DNA of 51,844 bases, counting the filler, from Sphacelaria rigidula (taxonomy: Eukaryota): NCBI GenBank assembly GCA_964200075.2. It is 3 parts of 3 records of this genome, joined end to end, with 100 filler letters (N's around TTAATTAATTAA, not from the genome) between each part and the next. Parts side by side here need not be neighbours in the genome. Positions count along the whole stretch, not along the records: positions 1 to 17,220 come from CAXNAA020001138.1; 2 more parts are not named here. One strand, written 5' to 3'. Position numbers and translations under genes: made by a program. This document shows positions 1 through 13,037 of the stretch, piece by piece. The notes beneath the pieces are model-generated. The model was not told where the DNA came from. It saw nothing but the letters and a program-made list of their open reading frames with translations, and did not search any database. Position 1 is the stretch's first letter; each line of letters starts with the position of its first letter.

Positions 1-1727
1 AAAGCACTGTTTTAGGCTTGAACCTCATCTCGAAGTTAAACCTCAATTCGCACAATTTGTTGTTGAACGCAACTTCTACGTAACCCGCTCGCTACCGAGG
101 ACACTTTGTGTGCCCCGAGTTGTACCACTATGTCCGTAGGCTCGAGACACTGGGAGCTGCCGCAGCAGCTTTCTGGGCGTTTCGGGCAAATTTCGAGAAA
201 TTACAACTTCTCACTTTTACAAAATTATGTTCTGCAACTGCTCAAAAGTACTCCCGCAGAAGACCAATTGGACGCGGCAGTTGCTAACAGCAGGTTCCCA
301 CGATCACACGGCACCGAGCAGCTTTCAAAACCTCGCAATGGTTGTTGAGTGAAATTACAGTGAAAATGGACAGCTTTCATGGGCTCAAACTAAGTCTTGT
401 ATTGAGTTAGGTGGCAGAAGTCACCTATATTCAGAAAGTCTTTGGCTCCATCTTTGGTGGGGCAGCACCTCCCACGTATAAAATGCAAGGAATGGATGCT
501 CTCGTCAACGACTCCCCAACGCACACATTATTGTTGTGCAAGAGCGAGTCAAGGGCTCCAAAACAGGTAGCAACATCTCGCGAAGCAATAAAACATTAGG
601 TTTTGTGCACCTTTCTCGCCAAAAGGAGTTTACCCACAATGCGAGCATCAGCGAGAAGCCTGTGGCAGCTTTTCGATCAATACCTGACACGAATTGTTTA
701 CCGCTGCCCCACAGGGTCTGCAGCGTGTTGGTTCTGCTTGATCATTCGTCTTCGCCTTGTTTTATATTGAAATAGATTGCCCTGTGCCCAGGACGCTTGC
801 AATTTCAATTCATTTTGGTGCTCGTGACGTTGCCGTCTCGGATTTTGGCGGTGAAACCGGAGCGGTCTCAGCTGAGCCTTTCTACTCTAAAATGACTAGG
901 TCTGCCCGTAACTTATTTTGAAATTCACGCGTGGTATCTATCTTCCATGGTCCGGACCAATCACCGCCGATTTGAATCACCAAATCCACGATTTCTTAGG
1001 CCTGACTGCTCGAAAGAGAGAAAAAAGTCGACCGCTGGTCAAACAGGTCTCCACGCAACTTTCGCGCTATTCCACGTGCGTGGGCTACGCGTACCTGGGT
1101 TGCAACGCTGAAAACAAAGCCTAAGGATTGATCCATACGGTACGAACCAATTACACTAGAAACCGAATAATTTCCGGACGAATCATTGATTCGTCCCTTG
1201 CTATCTTCGTACGGTAGGCAGTGAAGGGACTGGTGGACTCGTTTCAGTAACAAAACGCCCAGGTATTTAGCATAATGTCAATGTTTTGTCTTGTGTCTCG
1301 TTCGAATCACGTGTTTCATACTGCCTGTACTGCAGTATGGTTGCGTCCTCGCATACCCTGACAAAAACTACGCTGCCCGCGCTTCGTTCACAGTCCATGA
1401 TAACCAGAGCATGTCGATGGCCTATCTATAATGTATACAGTATCCGTTTTTGAAGTGGTACGGTATACTACAGTATTTGGTACAACACGCAGCATACGGG
1501 GGTTCTATCGAAAAACAACTGGTTTACGAGACTCCAAGTGCAACAACGAAGGACTCGCTGGCATCTCTTCTGCGTGTTTTCGAATGAAGCGTGATGAAAC
1601 ATGAGGAGTACTACCGTGACGGGCTGCCACAGGGGAGTACAGCGCTTTAGGCACAAGCGCGCTGGCACGATGTCGACAACACGGGAAACGCTAGCGCGCG
1701 TGCTGCTCGAACATAACGCTCTCCGCG

Positions 1728-1957
1728 CGTGTCATTTAATTCAATGCGTTTTATTTAGTTAAATGCAGAGGTAACCCTACGGATGTGGAGCCGATACTAC
1801 TGTTATGGGTGCGCCTGAACCACCAAGATGAGCCCAAAACGTGTCATTTAATTCAATGTGTTTTATTTAATTGAATCCAGAGGTAACCCTACGGATGTGG
1901 AGCCGATACTACTGTTATGGGTGCGCCTGAACCACCAAGATGAGCCCAAAACGTGTC
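1728..1957. repeat. Tandem duplication, 112-bp unit x2
   Basis: CGTGTCA recurs at 1728, 1840 and 1952; the two units are near-identical (GAGGTAACCCTACGGATGTGGAGCCGATAC...). Confidence 0.95.
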
Positions 1958-2483
1958 ACCGACCAAAAGCACGAACAAGCCGGAGATCTCGTTCATCCCC
2001 TGACTATGCACGCCGTATAATCGCTCAAGGTACTTTTGATTTGCGTGGGGTTTCCATATCACGGTCTCAAAGTTTTCTCGTTCCGGAGTACGTACAACGG
2101 CGTGGCTCGGCTACTCACCGGCGTCTATTCGTCCAAGCTACAATCGGACCGAATGGTTTTCCCAAAGAAGTTAGAGTGATGAAGAAAATCGCAAAAAAAA
2201 AAAATGTTTTTTTCGCTTAATTCGTTATAAAACTCGCATCCTGATAAAAAAAAAAACAATTCATCCGGTACAATTGTAGCTGGCGTCTTGGTGCAGAAGA
2301 TGAAACAAGTCGCCTCCCAATCGATGGCCGTGACGTGAGTATTTTCTTCAAAATAATGGGCTATAATAGCAAGCACGCGCCTTCAACCCTCGCCGGTTTC
2401 CACAAAACGCGAAAACCTCACCCCTGTCCAAGGCCGTGTTTGAACGAAACAAAGAAAATGATAATCATTTCGTGACAATGATC

Positions 2484-2773
2484 GTGAAGTGACGGTTCCA
2501 CACATCGGACAGATCATGAGCTATCTGAAATAGTTAATCGAAGAGAACTCTCAGATCCTTTGCACAAAAACACAAAACACGAGACAGCGGTTTCCGAGAA
2601 GCCAGAGCGTTACCTTCCCGCTAAACCGCGTGCCCGGTGTCCCTCGCTGCCGGGAGCTAATACGGAAATAGTGGCCAAATGAGCTAGCCCATGATCCGGA
2701 TCAGCACTCTAAGAAGAAGTAATATCCAGGTAGCTCGTGAGCTGTCCGACGTGTGGACGGTTCACAACTTCAC
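2484..2773. mobile_element. MITE-like element with ~35-50-bp imperfect terminal inverted repeats
   Basis: CCACACATCGGACAGATCATGAGCTATCTGAAATA (~2498) matches the reverse complement of TATCCAGGTAGCTCGTGAGCTGTCCGACGTGTGG (~2723-2756); TSD not resolved. Confidence 0.7.
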
Positions 2774-2883
2774 TATCACGACAGATCACGCACCATTCTA
2801 ATCGAGTATGCTAGGGTGGGAAACAAGTGATACAAAAACGGTAAAACAGCACGCGAACAGACCAGCGACTTCAAGTAGGGCGG

Positions 2884-3105
2884 CTGTAATGCGTGAGGGG
2901 ACCGCGTGCTCAGAGGACCGCGTGTTTAGAGGACCGCATCGGAATTGAACGTCCCTATGGTTAGGGTTAGGGTTAGGGTTAGGGTTATAGTCAGAGGCGT
3001 GGTACCTGTAGGGACTGGCCCGATTGGTTTTGGAAAACGTCGATCCTGGGGTGTTTTGAACTACGGCGCGGTCCTCTGAGGACGCGGCCCTCTCACGCAT
3101 TACAG
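2884..3105. mobile_element. MITE with ~39-bp TIRs enclosing (TTAGGG)4
   Basis: CTGTAATGCGTGAGGGGACCGCGTGCTCAGAGGACCGCG versus reverse complement of CGCGGTCCTCTGAGGACGCGGCCCTCTCACGCATTACAG; (TTAGGG)4 at 2961-2984. Confidence 0.85.
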
Positions 3106-3107
3106 TA

Positions 3108-3990
3108 TCAATCACGCGCAAGGGGGTATGGGTATTGCCGCAGGTCGAAACGCGGACCGCCTTCCGCACGAGAAGAAGTAACAGCAGCAGGATCAGCAGC
3201 ATCGTTATTGCCAGTAGATGCACGCGGCTGGGGGTGGGTCCAAATCAGCCGGTGCCGATACTGCTGCTGCTGCTGCTGCCGTTCTTACTCATGAGAGAAA
3301 CGGTCCACGTTTTGATCGTGCTACAACGCGCACGCACCTTGCACGTGACAGCCACCGTGCTGGAAAGCGCTGGCCCGTACTACCCGTCGATAAGTCTATG
3401 CTTGCTCACTACGCTAAGTGCTGGGAAATATAGCTGTGCGCATCTGTGTGTGCGAGCTGTGCACGTCGCGTGTGTCTCGCACGCGTGGCTGCTGCTGGTG
3501 ATGGGAATGAAGCCAGCGTCCAATACTTCAATACAGGGAAAAACAAGTGATTGTACTCGTACTGAATATCCTACTACTGTACGGGGGTGACAACACGCAA
3601 ACATATCGTGGTTTACTTTGAATACTACTGTAGGAAGGGGCAATAACGCGCCAGGTGCATGGATACTGTCGCACGTCGAAACACGGACCGCCTCCCGCAC
3701 GAGAAGCAGCAGCAGCAGCAGCAGTATCTTCATTGCCAGTAAATGTGTACGGCTGGGGGTGGGTCTGAATCAGCCGGTGCCGATACTGCTGCTGCTGCTG
3801 CTGCTGCTGCTACCGTGTTTCCTCATGCGAGAGACGGTTCGCGTTTCAATCGTGCTACAACGCCCCACGCACCTTGCGCGTGATAGCCACCATGCCGGAA
3901 AGCGCTCGTCCGTACTGCCCGCTGATAAGTCAATGCTTCCTCACCAGGCTAAGTGCTAGAAGATACAGCTGTGCGCATCTCTCTGTGCGC
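3108..3990. repeat. Diverged direct duplication (~530-bp period) containing (CAG)n and (CTG)n tracts
   Basis: 3108-3455 aligns with 3640-3990 (GTCGAAAC.CGGACCGCCT.CCGCACGAGAAG; GGCTGGGGGTGGGTC..AATCAGCCGGTGCCGATACTGCTG). Confidence 0.9.
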
Positions 3991-4620
3991 CTTCGATATA
4001 TTTGGTTGGCATGTATCGATGAACTAGATCTTCCAGGGTTGCAGGGTATTGGAGAAAATCAAAGTTGAACACCGAGCGTGCGGGGGTGCTACCCACCAAA
4101 ACCGGAGCTAAGTCCCATCTTACACGTGCATCGGGCCAGAACCCACAACCAACAGTTGGGCAGTGAAAAACAGTGCGGCGTCATAAGCAGCCGAATAGAA
4201 CGCACTATTGTTTGTGGTTCTGCACTGCACTACTCTGTACAGTGTAGGGCACCCGGGATAGCAGCTGCTGCCGTTATGTGCAGTTGTAGGTTTGATGTTT
4301 GTGTGACGGGGGTGTTGAATAACGCCGTAAAGTTGCACCTTGAACAATAAGGAATGGGCGCTCGTGGGGTGTTCTCATACTCTCCCAGCAATCCGCAGGC
4401 TCACTCCTCAGAAGAATTTGTGGTGAGAGAGAGTAATCTTCCCGTGTTTACTCCAGTACCTCATTCTTTGCCGTTGCCGCCATAAAAATACGATTGGCAA
4501 CCCTTCACCCCGATACTGGAACGCCGGCTCCTGAACTCTTCACTTTACTGACTGCAATCTATGTTGTTCAAAAATAGACTTTGTATATCCTCACCCCGCA
4601 TGGTATGGAAGTGAGCAGAT

Positions 4621-4987
4621 GGCAGCGGCAACTGCTGTGTGTCCAGGTGCCCCTTGGAGCAGGAAATCGCCGAATTATTCACCTGCAAACTCTGCTCCAG
4701 TGCACTGTAAGTTGACATCGCTAGAAAAGGACACTACCATTACCACCTTGCCGGCTGCCAGACTTTCACATACTTTCAGGACATAGGATCCGCTAGCATT
4801 GCTACTGTCTGTACGGGGGTGTTGCCCCCTTGTCAGGTACGGTTTGGAGCATAACACTAGATGAAGATCACCCTTCTTTGTAGATGGGCACCAAACGCTG
4901 GGCTCATCACTCAAGGGTTCGATTTGGAGGATGATACTAGGTAGGCAGCGGCAACTGCTGCGTGTCCAGGTGCCCCTTCGAACAGGA
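4621..4987. repeat. 44-bp direct repeat pair (4621-4664 and 4944-4987)
   Basis: GGCAGCGGCAACTGCTG(T/C)GTGTCCAGGTGCCCCTT(G/C)GA(G/A)CAGGA occurs twice. Confidence 0.85.
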
Positions 4988-5688
4988 TGCGTTTGGTGTC
5001 CGTTTGACGAAGTTATCTAAAAAAAACGAAATCGACAAGGGTTTTAAATTGGAAATATTTAGCAAAAAAACTATCGCAAGGATCCGATCCCAAGAACCAC
5101 GACGCAAAAAAATATCGCAAGAATCACGAGGCAAGAACGGAGTCGCAAAAAACTCGTAGTCGAATTTTTACCCGCAGCAGAGACCAACTTCACTTCGTGA
5201 AATTGGAATATCTACTCCTCAGCTGGTACAACGCTCCAACACGCATCTCGGACGACGGGATCGTGGCTCAACGCCCTAAAAAGCATATGCTAGGATGCAT
5301 GATAATAGTACCGGGCATTTCCAAGCCTACCTGCATACAGTATTGTTAATTCTTATATAGGCATTAGCTCCGTAAGCGCGCTTAAGGTTTAGCTTAATTC
5401 GGGGTTCTCGGGCTTAAATAAGCCTTTTCATCGAAAAGCTTAAAGAGAGCTTAAAATGTTCGAAAAGCTTATTATGTGCTCGAAACGCGCAAAAAATTGC
5501 GACATTTTGTTACGCGCCTCCTGCAGCCAGTGTATCAGCTGCTTGAAAGTGCTCCCTACGACCCATGGCGTCACCCGTCACTCGTCACCAGACTGGCTTT
5601 AATATTCAATACCGTACTACAGTGCTCCAAACTGCTATGGTTGCGGGTCTGATCCGGAAAACGTTTCTGTTTGTGTTATATTTTATAT

Positions 5689-6008
5689 ATATGATACACG
5701 TCGAATTGAAAAATATAATGTATATTTTGTACGATAGTTGTACCATGGGGTTCATTGTATATTGTACAGCGTACAGCGTACAGCGTACAACCTACAGCGT
5801 TTTGGAGGGGTGATCATTGGAAGCAGCAGAAGACAGTCTCGTGACAATAATATGATACACGTCGAATTGAAAAATGTAATGTATATTTTGTACGATAATT
5901 GTACCATGGGGTTCATTGTATATTGTACAGCGTACAGCATACAGCGTACAACCTACAGCGTTTTGGAGGGGTGATCATTGGAAGCAGCAAAAGACAGTCT
6001 CGTGACAA
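5689..6008. repeat. Tandem duplication, 161-bp unit x2
   Basis: ATATGATACACGTCGAATTG at 5689 and 5850; units near-identical. Confidence 0.95.
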
Positions 6009-6482
6009 CGTGGTTTCAAATGTCGACTGATTGCAGATGATGGGGAGGGCGGGGGCGATAGCTTGTAGCTTGAAGCTAGACGGCGAGAGGCCAAAGGCTG
6101 CAATGCCCTGTGTCCAGAGGCTGCAATGATCCACTGCTGCATCATGTATCATGAGTGTATGTAGTGCGGACACGTTGTTTCGATAGGTGGGTTAGGGTGG
6201 CGTTCAAACTCCATGATCAGAGAAAAGTCCTATTTTTCAATCAAGAACATATTTTTGAACTTTGAATACCCAAATTGTTGTCTTCTCCTCATGCTAGAAG
6301 GCGCGCCTCGTGAGGGAATACTGCCACAACGCCACAACATGGACGCGAAGGGGGCGCATAAAGTACGCACATTGTCGGTGAAAAAAGTTCAAAGTGGGGC
6401 ATAAAACAAGGGGGGAGAGCTTATATTGAAAAAGAAAATGAACTTAGATTTTTTTTTAACGGGCGTACGGAGCTCATGCCTA

Positions 6483-6688
6483 CCCTCAGACCGCGGATAT
6501 AGTCCATCTGGACTATGCATACCTTTTAGAAGTGAAATTGATGCCGACTAAACAGACAACCTACTCTCGCTGTCCAAGGGTTAACGCTTACACCGCGAGG
6601 AGGGTAGTCCATCTGGATTGGGTATACTTCCTCAAGTGGAATTGATGCTGATTCAACAGGTGACCTGTTCTTGCCGTCTAAGGGTTAA
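6483..6688. mobile_element. Two tandem ~100-bp piggyBac-like MITEs joined and ended by TTAA
   Basis: Units begin CCCTCAGACCGCG / CGCTTACACCGCG and end GTC(C/T)AAGGG-TTAA (TTAA at 6581 and 6685); the same family occurs at 35930-36515. Confidence 0.75.
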
Positions 6689-6923
6689 CCAGGTACGCGT
6701 CTCCAATGCGCATTGCGATTTTCCGACCCGCGGCACGCTTGAGCGACAGCTGCGAAGTTCTCGATAAAACAATTCTGTGCAGGCTGAATTGGAGCAAGGA
6801 TCGCGGGTCTTTCCTCTATTTTCTCCTGTTCCTGAACGATCATAAGCTACAGCACTGCACACTGTACACACTGAAGCGACCACCTCCACATTATCAGCCT
6901 GCACTTTGCTGCTTTAAAATTAT

Positions 6924-6965
6924 CAACAACACCAACAACAATAACAACAACAACAACAACAACAA
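6924..6965. repeat. (AAC)n microsatellite
   Basis: Direct reading. Confidence 0.95.
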
Positions 6966-8494
6966 AAGCGATCGTTCGTTGGTGCCAACAAGATGCCAAA
7001 GGAAATTGTCAGTTTTGGTGAGCTTTTCATCACTTGGACTGCACGGCAAGAAGAGCGGACAACTTAGCCGTCGACGCGACGCATACAATGACGTCCGCTC
7101 AAGTATTACCACAGCGAATCATGGTAGTTGCTATGCAGCGTTCGGTATCATCCTGATGCGTCAGATCCCATGCGTTCTTTTCAGCGGCTACCGCACCTTG
7201 CGGCACGGTCTGCTCGCTATGGTCAGTGCAGTTCACTAACCCGTGCCACATGTACCTTCGTGCTACATCGAATTCGGACTATTGCCTACAGGACCGGCGG
7301 GGAAAACCGAGTTGTGCACACCAGGATAATGATAGCAAAACGTTTTGCTCCCGCGTAGCTTTCTTCGCCGTGGTGTTTGATGCTGTTGTCCGTTGTACTT
7401 GTGAGTAGCATCGACTGTGCCCATAGCCTCACATAATAGTGCGACTTTTGCCCCTTGTGGTATCGGCCATACTTCGGTATTTCAGTTTGCGACAACAGCG
7501 TGCCCTGCTAGGACTTGGCTCACTGGTGAAAATAAAAATTGGTTATTTATAGCATGTGCCCGCGGCTGAACCCCTGGGGGATCAGTAAGTGCGACAATCG
7601 ATCAAATAATTCATCAAACGATCGATTATAGCAAATGAATCTTCTCGTTCGATACTGGGCTGCATGGTGAAATCGTCACTTCCGTGCCGGGTGTTTGAGC
7701 ATGGAAGATACGGTCCAAATGATCACTGCAAGCAACGTCGATACAGTAAGGTTTTATGGGTTATTGACCATACATTGTTGAGGGTGTGAATTCATAATGT
7801 CATCAAAATGTGCGACTTTCCAGGAAGCTTCTGCACGCAGTGAATTGCAAGTGCCGCTCCAGTGTAAATAACTACTGTATGTTTGGAAATATCCATCATT
7901 TTGTCATCGGGGAGTGTTGTCCCCCGTAGCCTACGGTACTGTGCTGACTAATATACAGTTCCACTGTTTCGCCGGGGAAAAGCTTTTTTCCCAGCGAAAT
8001 GGACGCCTCCGCGAGAAATGGTGGATGATGGCAAATATCCTGATGTCGCCCCGAGGTTCCGTACACTCTGCGCATGCAGCTGCGGATCTGAAAGCTTCGC
8101 CTAAGTGGAAGGAGTGGGCTTGAAGACCATCGGGGTGTGTCGATATATAGATGGGCAGTTCCTCTCGCAAGCTGCACCGATAACAGTGCTGTCTGCAAGG
8201 AGTATTTGCAGATTCCGTGCAGCCTGGGGTGAACACCCCCCCCCTCCTCTTCCCCCGTCGAGCCTGACCTCCGGTGTCATGGCAGAGCACCACACTCTGG
8301 ACAATGGTTACAATGATAGTCCATTTCTTCAGCAATAGGCACGGGGGAAAATCTATCGACATATATTATCGAACACGATAGATTGCAAGGGACAATATAC
8401 GTTGCAGTAGTCGATCGATAGCCTATGGCAACTACAATAGATGAAGATCACTCGCCATCGATGGACATCGTGTACCACAATATATTCTGGGCTA

Positions 8495-8790
8495 TATATA
8501 TCGATAGCCTTTGCCGTAATCAATTTGTGCGGTGAGATATCCATCGATAGTCACTGCCGGTATTACAAGTTTAGGTGAGCTATCCATCGATAGTCATTGC
8601 CGTCATCAATACATTAGGTGAGCGATCCATCAAGACTCATTACCGCCATCAATAGATTTGGTTAGCCCTCTCTCGGTAGCCTCTGCTGCCAGCAATGCAT
8701 TTTTTGGTATCTACCAATATGGGCATTGCCGTCAACAATCGATTCTTCTCGGGAAAACCTATCGATAGCCAGTGACGCCAACAATAGGAT
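8495..8790. repeat. Degenerate 43-bp minisatellite
   Basis: TATCCATCGATAGTCA.TGCCG unit at 8538, 8581 and 8624 (period 43). Confidence 0.85.
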
Positions 8791-8961
8791 TTGAAAAAAA
8801 GAGTGCTCACTGCAATGGTCTCATGACATCAACGGTAATATCACTTCCACATGAATACGCAACGACCCGAGGCGATAGCTGGCCATAGCTTCTGTGGAAT
8901 ATGGTGGAAACATACGGCGAAACATGTGCATACGTAGCGCTAGTGATCGACGCCATTCAGC

Positions 8962-9185
8962 TACTTTTGTGGTCAGCAATAGATATTAGTGGCCGCGATT
9001 CAGACTACATTGTGACCAGCGGTAGACATTGGTGGCCGCGATGTAGATTCTATTGTGATCCTCAATAGGCATTTGTGGGCTCAATTGATATCCTTTTGTG
9101 ACCAGCAATATATGTTGCTGGCCGCGTGGCAGATCCTACTGTAACCAGCGATATACATTGATAACCACGATTCAGACCCTATTGC
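8962..9185. repeat. Degenerate ~42-bp minisatellite (TTGTGACCAGC.ATAGA.ATT.GTGGCCGCG)
   Basis: About 5 diverged units visible. Confidence 0.75.
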
Positions 9186-9724
9186 AACAAATGAAGGGTA
9201 TCGATACAAAACTTGGCCCCTCCATTATCACGGCAATGATACATTCTGTCCCTTGTCCCTTCCTATCGTCGCCTACAACAGCTATCGTTAGACTTGATGC
9301 CAGTCGATCATGACTGACAATGAACGTTGGCAGACAATTTTTCGGGGCTATTGCAGCGGCAATGTTCCATTACATAGTATTTTGTCTAGGGTATAAGCAC
9401 ATCTCACCCACACACTAGAGTACTGCGAGCGCTCATGTCCATCAGAGGGACAACCGTAAGTACTAACACCACACCAACAACAAAATTTGTTAACTTTTGT
9501 CCATACATTTTGCGGATTCCTACACAATACAAGCGTTCCAAAATTGTAGAAACGTGATCTCACATATTCACAAGTAGTATCATTATATACCCACTGCATA
9601 TCCACCTGCGGCTTCTCTACCGTACCCTAACGGAGTATAATATACTCTATACGTCGTATGTTGCGATGTAGGTGTGGCAATAGACGACAGAGAATACCTA
9701 TCGGTAGGCGTTGTATCCCACAGT

Positions 9725-9925
9725 AGATTCTGGTATGTATCTATCGATAGCCATTGCCGCCGTGAATAGATTAATACGCAATCTATCAATAGCTATTGCC
9801 GTAATCAATAGATTTGGTACAATCTGTCAATAGCCATCGTCGTCATCAATGGATTTGGCACGCGGTCTATCGATAGCCATTGCCGTCACCGAAAGATTTG
9901 GAAAGGTATCGATCGATGCATTTGG
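9725..9925. repeat. Second block of the ~41-43-bp minisatellite family seen at 8495-8790
   Basis: Repeated TCTATC(G/A)ATAGCCATTGCCG...ATAGATTTGG. Confidence 0.8.
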
Positions 9926-10317
9926 TCGGCCGCAGTAGATTTCGGTGTAAGGCCACAGCAGACTGCTGCCCAGACAAGAGTGTGGGAAACTGGTCTATCG
10001 ATAGAGATTGCCAACGACAAAAGAAAGATAAACTTGACGATCGATCGCCATTACAGACGACAACATCGGCATCTACTGCAGCAGATTCTATCGCGATAGC
10101 AACAGATGCCGTCTATTGTCCAGGATGTGCAGAGCACCGCACTCGCGTGACGCCACCCGCAGAAACACGGAGGATGTTTTCAACATCTAGAGAGATCAGT
10201 ATTTTCATAGAAAGAGGTTGTCTTGAAGTCCCTCCATGCCGCAGATGAAACGACGAGACTGAAGTTCGAAAAGTGTATACTCTTTCTCCGCAGCAGTACA
10301 CGAGCCATCTGGACTGC

Positions 10318-10475
10318 CGTGTACTGCACACACAGCACATACCAGCTCGATGCAGCACACCACAGTGTAGCACACCATAGTACAGTTCAGCACGGTACAG
10401 TTAAGTCCAGCACAGTACATTGCAGTACAGGACAGGACAGGACGGGACAGGACAGTAAAGTTCAGTGCAGTACAG
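10318..10475. repeat. Degenerate pentamer satellite (ACAGT/GGACA)n
   Basis: Direct reading. Confidence 0.8.
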
Positions 10476-11377
10476 AGCGTTGTGCTGTCGACGAAGTATA
10501 TGGTAATAGCTTTGTGCTGAAGTACGTCCACAGCAAGAAGAAAACGCCATGTATGGTAGAAGTGTGTATATAGCAATGTGATGAAGACGAATCTACACCA
10601 TTTTCTGCAAGCAGCGGGGTCGTACTAAATCGAGGTGTCGCGTTGTACACGGATGAATGTGCAACTCGCACTTAGTGTCCCGAGCAGGTGATGGAGTGCA
10701 AGATAGCAATCGGACACCCGGAATCGAATAACTTTGGCCGTGGATCGAGATTTCCGGAGTTGACATGGGCATAGATATCGACTTATCAATTTCACTGGTA
10801 CTTCAGTATCACAATAGCACGCCGCGACCGCTAGATACGACAGAGAACATATGCCTCCGTCGCCATAGGAAGCGACAACATGGGGACGGTAGGGTATATG
10901 ACACGCTCGATCAGAAACGTTTGTGTTCGACGCCCCACCCGACCCCCCTCCTCGACATGCACTTGCGGCAGATGTGGAGGATCCCTAGGGCTAACCCATG
11001 CGATGCAACGTCCTACTGAGACGCTGCCCGGGGCAGTCCGACGATCACAAAACTGATCCCGATGTGAGAGAATATTCAACTCACTATAGCAGTAACCCTG
11101 CGAACTATCAAAAGTGATGATCGCACGCTCCTCACTGCTTTCTTCCAGGTGATGACTGTAGTTTTCGAACCAAACGCAGGACGCCTGCATGCGTGGATAA
11201 GATATACTTCCTCTGTCTCATAAGTTAGGGTACCTATGGGCAATACGTTGTCTGAGTACAACGGTGTTAGTGAGGACAGTATAGTCGGGTTCGTGAGAAA
11301 GAAAAAACAAAGACGGAGCTAGAGAAATATAGAATTTTGAGGTTCTATGCCTTCACCTAAAGTCGGTTAGAATATAC

Positions 11378-13037
11378 CAAGGTTGTGTTCTGTAGGGTAC
11401 GGTTTTCTGTATACCCGGGGTTTTTTGCCGGGTATTTACCGTACCCGACAATTCTGTGACTAATGTAAGACTTTAGTACCGGTACCCGACAGTTGTGTAA
11501 TCTCTTCATACCCTCACCAGATAGTTCTGTGAGTTCTGTAAGCCTCCCATACCCTTACCCGACAGTTCTGTGAGTTCTGTACAGAATGTTACCCGTACAC
11601 GGAGCGCGGGTATGCTCTTAAACACATACCCGATTGCCGGTACCGGGTTTTTGTAAGCCGCCCATACCGTACCCGACAAGTTCTGTGATTTCGTCAAGAC
11701 TTCCATCCAGAACCGGTACCCTACAGTTCTGTGAGCTCTGTAAGCCTCCCATACCCATACCCGGGGTTCAGGTATATCGTCATAGATATACCCGATTGCA
11801 GGTATGAGAGCAGGTATATACCTTGGGGAGGTACGGATATAGGTTCAATCGAAACACAACCTCGTGACCTGAGCATCTACCTTCCATCGCGATCAACCCA
11901 CCCTCCTTCATTCAGAACTGCACACCAACAATCATTCAATGTTGAAAAGTTCTTTAGTTCGGGATCTGACGGGATGCGAGGTACCGCTGAGTGGAAACAC
12001 GAAACATGATCAGCCCTGCAGACCGTCAGGATGGAACATCCCCAGACTCGCGAGTAGTGGCTCGAGCGGGGGCGGTTCATCCGCGCCACCAAAGGATCAA
12101 GTAGCAGGACGCACGTCATCGACGTCGATGGTGGTTGTGTCGTGGAAATCAAACTCCAGGCCGTTATCGACATGTACGGCACAGAGTATATGAGCTGCCA
12201 AAGCCGTCAAGGTCGTCGGCGATTTTGTCGCGTGCCGAAGGGCTTTCAGAGAACGGGCAGCCGTGGATGCTCCTTCATGTACTCTCTGAGAGAGTGTGTG
12301 AGTACGTGAAACCGATAGATGTCGACGATCCATGTACTACTGCGATTGTTCGTGTAGTCTTTTTCGATCAACCCCGTGAAGGCCGTTCAGAGTTTTCGTG
12401 AACTGTCATCTGTATTTTGCCACTGTTGTAGTGACGTAGGTCCCACCGCAGGGGTGATGATAATATCAAGGTCGTGTTCTGTAGGGTACGGTTTTCTGTA
12501 TAGCCGGGGTATTTTACCGGGAATTTGCCGTACCCGACAGTTATGTAAAGTCTGTAAGATTTTCATACCGATACCCGACAGTTCTGTAATCTCTTGAAGA
12601 CCTTCATACCCGTACCTGATAGTTCTGTGAGTTCTGTAAGCCTCCCGTACGGTTACCGGGGGGCATGGGTATGGTCTTGATACCCGGGTGCGGGTACGGT
12701 TTTGTGTGCAACCTCCATACCCTACCCGACAGTTTATGTGAGTTATGTAAGCCTCCCACACCCTTACCCGACAGTTCTGTGAGTTCTGTACAAAAACTTC
12801 ACCCTAACCCGAGGGGCGGGTATGCCCTATAAGAGTTACCCGATTGCCGGTACCGGTGTTCTGTAAGCCCCCTATACCGTATCCGATAAGTTCTGTAATT
12901 TCTGTACGACCTTCATACCGGTACCCGACAGTTGTGCAATTTCTGTAAGACTTTCACACCGGCACCCGACAGTTCTGTGAGTTCTGTAGGGAATCTCATA
13001 CCCTACAGAACGTACCCGTACCTTACAGAACACCTTG
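11378..13037. mobile_element. Non-autonomous hAT-like composite element with 8-bp TSD GAATATAC
   Basis: Left TIR CAAGGTTGTGTTCTGTAGGGTACGG at 11378; a second left end at 12467; right TIR CCGTACCTTACAGAACACCTTG ending 13037. GAATATAC at 11370-11377 and 13038-13045. Many internal ACCCGACAGTTCTGTGAGTTCTGTA repeats. Confidence 0.85.

Noticed and set aside
1..100. Short similarity to 34905-34945 (TTGAACCTCA...AACCTCAA; LRFN...RF on the minus strand)
   Set aside because: Too short to establish homology or a product
2798..3959. ORFs with poly-Leu/poly-Ser resembling signal peptides
   Set aside because: They come from translating CAG/CTG and TTAGGG repeats
8495..9925. Regularly spaced repeats resembling a CRISPR array
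   Set aside because: Whole units are homologous and degenerate, with no unique spacers, no cas genes and a eukaryotic context
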